DNA of 15,162 nucleotides, taken from positions 1 through 15,162 of the forward strand of contig DAOWGI010000081.1 of assembly GCA_030637655.1 (NCBI GenBank), given 5' to 3'. The notes beneath the pieces were generated by a model, which saw only the letters and a list, made by a program, of their open reading frames with translations, was not told where the DNA came from and searched no databases. Both the position numbers and the translations under genes were made by a program. Of the stretch, positions 1 to 6,560 are shown one piece after another; the first letter of the stretch is position 1, and each line of letters begins with the position of its first letter. The stretch comes from a candidate division FCPU426 bacterium (GTDB taxonomy: Bacteria > Oederibacteriota > JAAXVQ01 > JAUVAV01).

Positions 1-145
1 ATGACCACGGCCAAAGATCGAAAAATCAAGGAAAGGGGGTAATTGCAGCATCTAAAAACCGGAAATTTTAATTATCGTTAGAGGGAAAATATAATTGACG
101 CTGATCAATAATCATGCATTGAGAGATCAATATGAGTGGGTGTAA

Positions 146-214
146 GTAAAAAGTATACGGTATCAGGTACCGGCCGCGGGGTTTATATTACCAACACATT
201 AAGCAACAAAAAAT
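146..214 (+). repeat. Cassette-boundary repeat copy 1 (core ATCAGGTACCGGCCGCGGGG at 162-181; flanks GTAAAAAGTAT...ACAAAAAAT shared with copy 2)
   Basis: Direct comparison with 1225-1296 and 2255-2292: shared core GGwATCAGGTrCCrGCCrCkGGkTT in the same orientation. Copies 1 and 2 also share GTAAAAG-TAT upstream and ACAAAAAAT about 25 nt downstream. Confidence 0.6.
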
Positions 215-215
215 G

Positions 216-243
216 TTGACAACAAATATTGTAGTGATAAAAT
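216..243 (+). promoter_or_regulatory. Sigma70-type promoter for the TA operon: -35 TTGACA (216-221), 16-nt spacer, extended -10 TGaTAAAAT (235-243). The spacer contains the small inverted repeat ACAA-ATA-TTGT.
   Basis: Consensus -35, near-consensus -10 with TG extension, and a Shine-Dalgarno site AAGGAAGGTGA at 252-262 ahead of ATG 270. Confidence 0.55.
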
Positions 244-269
244 AAGTATGAAAGGAAGGTGACTTAGTA

Positions 270-611
270 ATGGCCAAACTTGCCAACCTGTATATTTCTG
301 AGATTGCGGTTTTACAAAAAATATTTGGTAACAGCGCCCGGGTGGCAGATATGCTCAATGTCAATAGATCGTGCGTTTCCCGTTGGCATAAAGGAGAAAT
401 ACCGGATGCTGCCAATAAAGTGAAGATAACTTCACTATTACTGGTTATGGAGATGTTACAAAAGCGATTTAATGAAGAAGGCTCCAATCTATGGCTGCAT
501 GCCAACAATCCCCGGCTGGGACACCGGAAACCTATTGATCTTATCAAAACCGGAAACATTATTAATATTTTGCAGGCAGTTGAAGATATGGAAATAGGTA
601 CTTATCATTAA
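270..611 (+). CDS. Xre/MbcA/ParS-family antitoxin. N-terminal HTH-like segment (SARVADMLNVNRSCVSRWHKGE) and C-terminal DUF2384-like toxin-binding segment (WLHANNPRLGHRKPIDLIKTGN...).
   Basis: Architecture and motifs typical of Xre antitoxins of Xre-RES modules. A 2-nt gap separates it from the downstream RES ORF. Good SD. Confidence 0.65.
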   Translation: MAKLANLYISEIAVLQKIFGNSARVADMLNVNRSCVSRWHKGEIPDAANKVKITSLLLVMEMLQKRFNEEGSNLWLHANNPRLGHRKPIDLIKTGNIINILQAVEDMEIGTYH

Positions 612-613
612 GT

Positions 614-1177
614 ATGAAACTTTATAGAGTTTTTGATTGGGACAATAGTAAAAAACATTATTCCAATAAACCCGGAAGCCCGGTTTATATACCGAGAGAT
701 AAGCAGGGACGAGGCAGGCATGATATACCGCAAATAGACGGTATGTTTTACTGTAGTTTTTCATCACATTCCGCAATTGCCGAACAGCTTTATGACTTCA
801 TGAATATAAAAATAAATGATTCTATTTTTAATCTCAGCAATGGCTGGACGCAAGCTTTGGCTGAAATTGAAATAAAGGGCACTATCAAACTAGCTGATTT
901 GAATGATTCGAAATTATTGGTAAAATATGATATTAAACCATCAGAGGTTGTTACTTCTGATATAGAAAGGACCCAACAGTTAGCTGAATTTTTTCACAGA
1001 AAAAAATATGATGGAATTAAATGGTTTTCATCAATAGAATCTTCCTGGACTAATGTCAGCTTATTCGCGAGCCGCACACACAGCATATTAAAAAAGTCGG
1101 TGAAAGAAATAACCCCACTCTCCATCCGGATGCAGTTGGTACGTGAAACTTGTGATTTTATTAAAGTGAAATATTAA
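614..1177 (+). CDS. RES-domain toxin (ParT/MbcT-like NAD-targeting toxin family)
   Basis: N-terminus MKLYRVF... and block GRGRHDIPQIDGMFYCSFSSHSAIAEQ match the RES-domain pattern (Arg..Tyr..Ser..Glu; GRWN-like then YxSxxxxxAxxE). It sits immediately downstream of the Xre antitoxin. Confidence 0.65.
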   Translation: MKLYRVFDWDNSKKHYSNKPGSPVYIPRDKQGRGRHDIPQIDGMFYCSFSSHSAIAEQLYDFMNIKINDSIFNLSNGWTQALAEIEIKGTIKLADLNDSKLLVKYDIKPSEVVTSDIERTQQLAEFFHRKKYDGIKWFSSIESSWTNVSLFASRTHSILKKSVKEITPLSIRMQLVRETCDFIKVKY

Positions 1178-1224
1178 AAGTGAATAACGGGGCGATTAGA
1201 TAATACGATATTGATAATAGTCAT

Positions 1225-1296
1225 TGTAAAAGCTATTGGAATCAGGTGCCAGCCACTGGTTTCATAAAAAACTCATTGAAATGTACGACAAAAAAT
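1225..1296 (+). repeat. Cassette-boundary repeat copy 2 (core GGAATCAGGTGCCAGCCACTGGTTTCAT at 1238-1265). Begins 61 nt after the RES stop codon.
   Basis: Same motif and orientation as copies at 146-214 and 2255-2292. Contains the CCAG-CCA-CTGG mini-hairpin. Confidence 0.6.
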
Positions 1297-1387
1297 CAAA
1301 GACCGCATTGCCAAAGTCAGCCATCCTTGGCAGGTCGATTATTATAGTAGATGAATAGTATTTGAAATAAATTCATTTGGAGTAATT

Positions 1388-2218
1388 ATGGGATATGTAT
1401 TAATCTGTGTTATTCTTTTTATATTAGTTAGCATTGGTATTTATGTAAAAAAATCTTTTGAAGATTCTATTATTAAAACAATACAATATGATAATAATCT
1501 AAAAATATACGTTGGAGGAGGTTGTAATTCAATAGTTTTAACATCAGAAGATGGAAAAAAAGCACTTATAGTTGATACCAAATACTTCAAAGGTTCACAA
1601 GAATTAAGGAAAGAAGTTAACGCCCCTGACATTATTATTGTTAATACTCATTTTCACATGGATCATGCTCGCGGAAATAAACTTTATCCAAATGCTTATG
1701 TTATTTCTGGAACTTGTTCTTGGAAGCAATGGGATTTTGATACAGCTCATAGCAAAAGACCTGATAAAGTTATGAATCCAGGAGAAGAAATTAGTTTAAA
1801 AATTGGAAATGAAAATGTCCGTATAATGAATATGGGTAGTGCACATTCATCTAATGATTGTGTTGTCTATCTTGGAAATAGAAAAATATTAATTACTGGT
1901 GATCTTATATGGGTTAAAATTCATCCTATGTTATTAGATTCAAATTGTAATATTTCATTATGGTTAAAAGCTCTGGATAAAATGGATACGGTATTTGATA
2001 TAAATACAATTGTTCCTGGTCATGGTGATGTTTCAAATAAATTTGCCTTAATTGAAATGCGTGAATATTTTCTTTCAATTACAAAAGCTTTAAATGATCC
2101 AGCTGAACTGAAACTACTGAAAAATAAATATAAAGACTTTAAAACAGTTCCAATATTTGGTGGTTTCGACAAAACTGTTAAAAAAATAAAAAATGAAATA
2201 GATAAGTTTCAAAAGTAA
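1388..2218 (+). CDS. Membrane-anchored metallo-beta-lactamase-fold hydrolase
   Basis: HFHMDH (HxHxDH) zinc-binding motif, downstream His/Asp (GDLIW, GHGD), and an N-terminal hydrophobic helix (YVLICVILFILVSIGIYV). The ORF is extremely AT-rich compared with genes downstream of 2546. Confidence 0.7.
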   Translation: MGYVLICVILFILVSIGIYVKKSFEDSIIKTIQYDNNLKIYVGGGCNSIVLTSEDGKKALIVDTKYFKGSQELRKEVNAPDIIIVNTHFHMDHARGNKLYPNAYVISGTCSWKQWDFDTAHSKRPDKVMNPGEEISLKIGNENVRIMNMGSAHSSNDCVVYLGNRKILITGDLIWVKIHPMLLDSNCNISLWLKALDKMDTVFDINTIVPGHGDVSNKFALIEMREYFLSITKALNDPAELKLLKNKYKDFKTVPIFGGFDKTVKKIKNEIDKFQK

Positions 2219-2254
2219 ACGCCATCCGTGGTATTGCTTTATATGTTGACTTTC

Positions 2255-2292
2255 AAGGAAATAGGAATCAGGTGCCGGCCGCTGGTGTAAAG
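2255..2292 (+). repeat. Cassette-boundary repeat copy 3 (core GGAATCAGGTGCCGGCCGCTGGT at 2264-2286). Begins 46 nt after the MBL stop codon.
   Basis: Same core motif and orientation as copies 1 and 2. Flanked by the direct repeat GCTTTATA. Confidence 0.55.
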
Positions 2293-2448
2293 CTTTATAG
2301 GAGTAAGAATTAGTTGGATTGAAGGATTTAGTATCAGAGAAATATTAGATTATTTGCCGACAATACGGGTACAATCGGTCTGGCGAGCGGTGCTTACGGG
2401 GGTTAGATGACTATACCTTATTTAGAAGCAGTTACATTTCAGCGGAAC

Positions 2449-2486
2449 CTGCCCTCCGGCAGAACCAAGTTCTGTTTATTTTATTG
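2449..2486 (+). terminator. Overlapping hairpins CTGCC-CTCC-GGCAG and CAGAAC-CAA-GTTCTG followed by TTTATTTTATTG; rho-independent terminator-like
   Basis: Perfect 6-bp stem plus a T-rich tract. It lies between the cassette region and the DUF4062/Fic pair. Confidence 0.35.
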
Positions 2487-2545
2487 TGAATCACAAAACA
2501 GTGATGATGCCGGGGAAGATCGCCAAATAATGTAGGTGTTGAGTA

Positions 2546-2794
2546 ATGAAAAAATACCAAATTTTCATAAGCGCAGTACAGAAAGAACTTAAAGCCGAAA
2601 GACGTGCGGTGAAGGATTTCATCTTCGGTGATGTTTTGCTATCAGAGTATTTTGATGTTTTCCTGTTTGAGGACGCGTCCGCTAAGAGTAAGTCCGCGGA
2701 AAAAGCCTATCTTGATGAAGTAGGAGACTCTGATGTGTATATCGGGATACTGGGAAGGAACGCATATTACGAAACAGGAGATGATCCGTTATGA
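2546..2794 (+). CDS. Small DUF4062-like protein (82 aa), possibly a truncated domain
   Basis: IFISAVQKELKAERRAVKDFI ... FEDASAKS ... DSDVYIGILGRNAY resembles the DUF4062 signature (vFISS..dL.eER... sDvyvlilg.rYG). Its stop codon overlaps the Fic start (ATGATGA). Confidence 0.5.
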   Translation: MKKYQIFISAVQKELKAERRAVKDFIFGDVLLSEYFDVFLFEDASAKSKSAEKAYLDEVGDSDVYIGILGRNAYYETGDDPL

Positions 2795-3855
2795 TGACCA
2801 TGCAACGCTTTGCCCGAAAATTCGAAACCGTTCCGGCGACAACCTCCTGGTATTTGGCTGATCTTGGAGAGGCGCGGGGCAAACAGGAATTATTCACGCG
2901 ACAAGCTCCGCAACGCCTCAAAGCACTTCGTGAACACGCTCTCATCGAAAGTGCCGTATCCTCCAACCGGATTGAAGGCGTGGAAATCGACAAATCCCGT
3001 ATTGCTACTGTTATCTTTGGAAAGCCGCTTTTACGTGACCGGGATGAGGAGGAAGTTCAAGGTTACCGGCAAGCCCTGTCTCTGATCCATGAACAAGGGG
3101 CTGGACTCCCGATTTCAGAACAAACTGTTTTGAAACTGCATAGTTTGGCGCGCGGTCATATTTGGGACGCGGGAAAGTACAAGGAGAAAGACAGCGATAT
3201 AATCGAAAATTATCCAGACGGCCGTTCCCGGGTGCGCTTTAAAACAGTTCCCGCGGATCAGACACCGGTCTTTTTAAGAGAAATGTTGAAACTTTATAGT
3301 GAAATTATTAGAGATCACAAGATTCCTCCACTTGTACTATTGGCGGCATTTAATTTGGATTTTCTTTGCATCCATCCTTTTCGTGACGGCAATGGCCGTA
3401 TATCACGCCTCCTGTTTCTTCTGCAAACTTATCACCTGGGATTTGAAGCCGGGCGATATATCAGCCTGGAGCGTCTTATCGAACAGCACAAAGAGAGATA
3501 TTACGAAACCTTGGAGCAGAGTTCCATCGGGTGGCACGAGGGAAAACATGATCCCTGGCCCTATATCAATTACCTGCTATTCATCATAAAGACCGCCTAT
3601 AAGGAATTCGAGGAGCATCTTGGCCGGGTAGGAACTGCCAGGGGAGAAAAAACAGAACTGGTGCTCAGGGCCATTGACCGGTTTCCAGGAGGATTTCGCG
3701 TCGCTGATATTCAAAAACAGTGTCTCGGCGTGAGCGTGGACATGATCAGGAGAGTCTTGAAAAATTTACGGGTAAAAAAGCAAGTCGAGTGCCTGGGGCG
3801 CGGGCAAACTGCCCAATGGCGCAAGGCGAAAAAATGGGAATTGGGTAGTACCTAA
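2791..3855 (+). CDS. Fic family protein (AMPylation/nucleotidyltransferase fold), class II auto-inhibited, with Fic_N-like N-terminus and C-terminal winged-helix-like region
   Basis: Canonical Fic motif HPFRDGNGRISR. The inhibitory-helix motif SNRIEG (S/TxxxE[G/N]) is N-terminal to the active site. About 354 aa, typical size. Confidence 0.85.
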   Translation: MMTMQRFARKFETVPATTSWYLADLGEARGKQELFTRQAPQRLKALREHALIESAVSSNRIEGVEIDKSRIATVIFGKPLLRDRDEEEVQGYRQALSLIHEQGAGLPISEQTVLKLHSLARGHIWDAGKYKEKDSDIIENYPDGRSRVRFKTVPADQTPVFLREMLKLYSEIIRDHKIPPLVLLAAFNLDFLCIHPFRDGNGRISRLLFLLQTYHLGFEAGRYISLERLIEQHKERYYETLEQSSIGWHEGKHDPWPYINYLLFIIKTAYKEFEEHLGRVGTARGEKTELVLRAIDRFPGGFRVADIQKQCLGVSVDMIRRVLKNLRVKKQVECLGRGQTAQWRKAKKWELGST

Positions 3856-3890
3856 TGAAATGGGTAATGAAATGGGTAATGAAAGTAATG
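3853..3890 (+). repeat. Tandem 12-nt repeat TAATGAAATGGG x about 2.7, starting at the Fic stop codon
   Basis: Read directly: TAATGAAATGGG TAATGAAATGGG TAATGAAAG TAATG. Every unit carries in-frame TAA/TGA. Confidence 0.6.
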
Positions 3891-3979
3891 CAAATTCCCT
3901 GAAAATTTCCACGGGAACTATAATTTATTTAGACAGGGATGATTATTGACCATTTCACAAAACGAAAGGTGATTCAATT

Positions 3980-4438
3980 ATGGAAATAACCAAAATATTA
4001 TATTACCTGGCCTGCGCATTCCTGTGGTCAGGTTTGATGTCCCTGGTGGTCATGGCCTGGCGGCCGGGATTTCCGGAATGGCTCACAGCGCATCCTAAGG
4101 TTATGGTGCTGTTGTTGGGCACTGATCAACTCCCTCGGCGACCGGTCCTTACCTTGCGGCGTTTTTATCTTTTTTTAACCTGCGGATTTACCTGGTTGCT
4201 GGTCTGGTCCTGGTGGCTGATGCCGGTCATTAAAGACTTCTTTTTTCGTTCCACGCCCACTCCAACAGCCTGGCAGGTGGCCAGAATTTCCAGTATTATC
4301 GTGGTTTTGGGCTATGCGGCAGTCGGATTTTACGGGATCGGCAAGGCGATTACCATTTGGTTCAAAGAAATTTACAGTCCAACGGTAAAAGACGAAATTG
4401 CCAAAAACCAGGGAAAAGAAAGCCGAAAAAAAAACTAA
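3980..4438 (+). CDS. Hypothetical integral membrane protein (about 4 predicted TM helices, Trp-rich)
   Basis: Hydrophobic segments LYYLACAFLWSGLMSLVVMAW, VMVLLLG, LFLTCGFTWLLVWSWWLMPVI, ISSIIVVLGYAAVGFYGIG. SD AAAGGTGA. No recognisable domain. Confidence 0.45.
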   Translation: MEITKILYYLACAFLWSGLMSLVVMAWRPGFPEWLTAHPKVMVLLLGTDQLPRRPVLTLRRFYLFLTCGFTWLLVWSWWLMPVIKDFFFRSTPTPTAWQVARISSIIVVLGYAAVGFYGIGKAITIWFKEIYSPTVKDEIAKNQGKESRKKN

Positions 4439-4460
4439 GTGATATTTTTCTCAATTGCTT

Positions 4461-4488
4461 TTCAAACTATGTAATTATCTAGTATAAT
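4461..4488 (+). promoter_or_regulatory. Sigma70-like promoter: -35 TTCAAA (4461-4466), 16-nt spacer, -10 TATAAT (4483-4488). It is followed by a ~75-nt leader before ATG 4567.
   Basis: Perfect -10 hexamer with acceptable -35 spacing. Confidence 0.4.
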
Positions 4489-4566
4489 CACGGTTGGCTT
4501 GAAAGCGCGTTGGTCTGCATGAACTAAGGGAAAATAGTTAGTACGTGAAACGGGGGATGTGTTCAG

Positions 4567-5124
4567 ATGGCTCAGATTAAGGGTTCTGCTTTGGTTCCGA
4601 GATTTAAGTATTTGGATGAGAAAACTTCACCCGGGATAAAGGAAAAGGTGATTAGCGAATTGAGTGAAAGATTTCAAGAGGTAGTTGAACGTTCGATCTT
4701 TGTGGGTAGGTGGTACCCGTTTGAATACTATGTTGAAATCAACCGTGCCATGGATAAGGTTTTAGGGAAAGGGGACTTGAGTATGATCCCGTCCTTTGGC
4801 GCTTATTCTGCCGACCAGGCCTTTACCGGGGTCTATAAATTCTTTTACAAACTCGGCTCGCCGGATTTTATTATTACGCGGGCGACTAAAGTGTGGAATC
4901 AGTATTTCCAAAACGGTTGCCTCGTGATTGAAAAAATTGGAAAGAAACGGCGGCGGCTGGAAATGCGGGATGTTGAGATTTCAGCGGAGGAACACTGTCT
5001 CTCGGTTTTAGGTTGGGTGAAAAGAACATTGGAATTATCCGGCGGTAAAAATGTTAAGGCACAAATAACGCAATGCCGGCAGCAGGGCGCCACGGCCTGT
5101 GAAATTCTCGCAGGCTGGGAATGA
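4567..5124 (+). CDS. Hypothetical protein with a Cys-rich, V4R-like C-terminal region (HCLSVLGW ... QCRQQGATAC). Possibly a small-molecule-binding or DUF2378-like protein.
   Basis: The C..G...G / C...G...C spacing is reminiscent of V4R domains. Assignment by memory only. Confidence 0.35.
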   Translation: MAQIKGSALVPRFKYLDEKTSPGIKEKVISELSERFQEVVERSIFVGRWYPFEYYVEINRAMDKVLGKGDLSMIPSFGAYSADQAFTGVYKFFYKLGSPDFIITRATKVWNQYFQNGCLVIEKIGKKRRRLEMRDVEISAEEHCLSVLGWVKRTLELSGGKNVKAQITQCRQQGATACEILAGWE

Positions 5125-5194
5125 AATTCAGTATTCCGGCGGAGGTTTAAACTATGGATGATCCATCCCCAGCATACTACAAATAAGGAGAAAT

Positions 5195-6508
5195 ATGAAA
5201 AAATCCGCCACTGTCCGTTCCGGTCATGTTATTGATTTGCAGGAGCATCCGGAATCTCTGTATTTTGCCGATCTGCATATTCATTCACGTTTTTCACGTG
5301 CCACCTCCAAACAGATGGAAGTGCAAACCCTATATTATTGGGCCCAGCGCAAAGGGATTCAACTAATGGGCACTGGTGATTTCACTCATCCTGAATATTT
5401 TAAAGAATTGAAAGAACATTTGGAAATGGATCCCAGTGGTTTCTACCGGGTACGCGGCTGTGATGACAAGGTTATGTTTGTGCCCTCCGCGGAAACCTCA
5501 CACATTTATAAACAGGGTGGGAAAACCCGTCGTGTACATATGCTTATTATTGCGCGTACTCTGGAAAGTGTACAGGAGATCAACCGCGCTTTGGCAGCGC
5601 GGGGCAACGTGGCATCTGATGGACGTCCGATTTTTGGTTTTTCCGCGCGGCATTTATGCACTTTGGTACGTGAAATTGATCCGGACACGCTGATGGTTCC
5701 GGCCCATATCTGGACGCCCTGGTTTTCAGTACTGGGTGAACGTTCGGGTTTTGATTCTTTGGCCGAGTGTTTTGAGGACGAATTGTCTTTTATTTCAGCT
5801 ATTGAGACCGGACTATCTTCTGATCCGGAAATGAATTGGCGTTTATCCCAGTTGGACAACTTGGCCATTATTTCCAACTCAGATGCGCACTCACCTTCGA
5901 AAATTGGGCGCGAGTGCAATGCCTTTCGGGGACCCATGACGCGGACCAAACTGTGGGAAACCCTGCGCAACCGCGATACGGACACCTTTCGGTTCACAGT
6001 GGAATTTTTTCCGGAAGAAGGCAAGTATCACTGGCCGGGACATAGCAATTGCAAAGTCTCGCTCTCGCCGGAAGCCTATCGCGAAGCGCAGGGCATCTGT
6101 CCGGTATGCCGCAAACCCGTTACCGGCGGGGTAGCGTCGCGTGTTGAAATGCTGGCCGACCGGCCGGAAGGGTACATCCCGGAAAAAGCTGTGCCGAGTG
6201 TGCATCTGGTTCCTCTGGATGAGGTCATTTCCGAAGCCATGGGAAAAGGTCCGGCTACCAAGGGAGTACAAATGGTGTGGGATCGTTTGATAGAAGAGGG
6301 TCGAAATGAGATGAATATACTCATGTTTATGCCCGCAGGGCAAGTGCGTGAAATTGCCGGAGAAAAAGTAGCGCGCGCTGTGATGCAAATGCGACAGGGT
6401 GAGGTACAAGCCATTGCCGGATATGACGGTATTTACGGCCGGGTAAAAATCTTTGGTCACGAGGCTGAACCAACAGACCCCTCCAAGCAATTATCTTTTA
6501 TAAAATAA
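5195..6508 (+). CDS. Endonuclease Q (EndoQ) family protein: N-terminal PHP domain plus C-terminal zinc finger
   Basis: DLHIHSRFSRA PHP motif, GTGDFTHP, PAHIWTPW, SNSDAHSP, GKYHW. Zinc-finger C-x14-CPVC (CKVSLSPEAYREAQGICPVCRKP), PLDEVI, GKG, C-terminal GYDGIYGRVKIF. These parallel archaeal EndoQ blocks (DLHIHS, PAHAFTPW, SNSDAHSP, CPKCGG, GGGGKYGEIRI). Strong SD AAGGAGA. Confidence 0.8.
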   Translation: MKKSATVRSGHVIDLQEHPESLYFADLHIHSRFSRATSKQMEVQTLYYWAQRKGIQLMGTGDFTHPEYFKELKEHLEMDPSGFYRVRGCDDKVMFVPSAETSHIYKQGGKTRRVHMLIIARTLESVQEINRALAARGNVASDGRPIFGFSARHLCTLVREIDPDTLMVPAHIWTPWFSVLGERSGFDSLAECFEDELSFISAIETGLSSDPEMNWRLSQLDNLAIISNSDAHSPSKIGRECNAFRGPMTRTKLWETLRNRDTDTFRFTVEFFPEEGKYHWPGHSNCKVSLSPEAYREAQGICPVCRKPVTGGVASRVEMLADRPEGYIPEKAVPSVHLVPLDEVISEAMGKGPATKGVQMVWDRLIEEGRNEMNILMFMPAGQVREIAGEKVARAVMQMRQGEVQAIAGYDGIYGRVKIFGHEAEPTDPSKQLSFIK

Positions 6509-6517
6509 CAAATTAAA

Positions 6518-6545
6518 GTAGAGACGTACGATCGTACGTCTCTAC
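6518..6545. terminator. Perfect 28-nt palindrome GTAGAGACGTACGA|TCGTACGTCTCTAC (14-bp stem, GATC centre) between EndoQ and M16. Terminator or regulatory hairpin.
   Basis: Read directly. It sits 10 nt after the EndoQ stop codon and lacks a strong U-tract (followed by GAGGAACGGATTTCTTTG). Confidence 0.4.
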
Positions 6546-6560
6546 GAGGAACGGATTTCT

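Noticed and set aside
1-42. Possible 3' end of an upstream gene (ATGACCACGGCCAAAGATCGAAAAATCAAGGAAAGGGGGTAA, in-frame stop at 40-42)
   Set aside because: Only 13 codons are visible and there is no way to verify. It could equally be non-coding.
140-2300. Classical integron attC sites at the repeats
   Set aside because: No RYYYAAC / GTTRRRY core pairs and no imperfect-palindrome attC structure could be found around any copy. I keep them as an unclassified cassette-boundary repeat rather than calling attC.
2810-3589. Alternative-frame + strand ORFs inside Fic (2810-3085, 3299-3589) and the minus-strand ORF 2682-2993
   Set aside because: They are fully embedded in the well-supported Fic reading frame and show no domain signal or SD support; likely spurious.
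4426-4434. A9 homopolymer near the 3' end of the membrane-protein gene as a phase-variation tract
   Set aside because: It affects only the last ~3 codons (KKN*). Length change would barely alter the protein, so contingency-locus behaviour is unlikely.
5436-6490. Minus- and alternate-frame ORFs inside EndoQ (5506-6024 -, 5891-6490 -, 6076-6414 -, 5436-5693 +, 5836-6045 +)
   Set aside because: Low-complexity, Arg/Ser-rich translations typical of antisense GC-rich frames; overlapped by the strongly supported EndoQ CDS.
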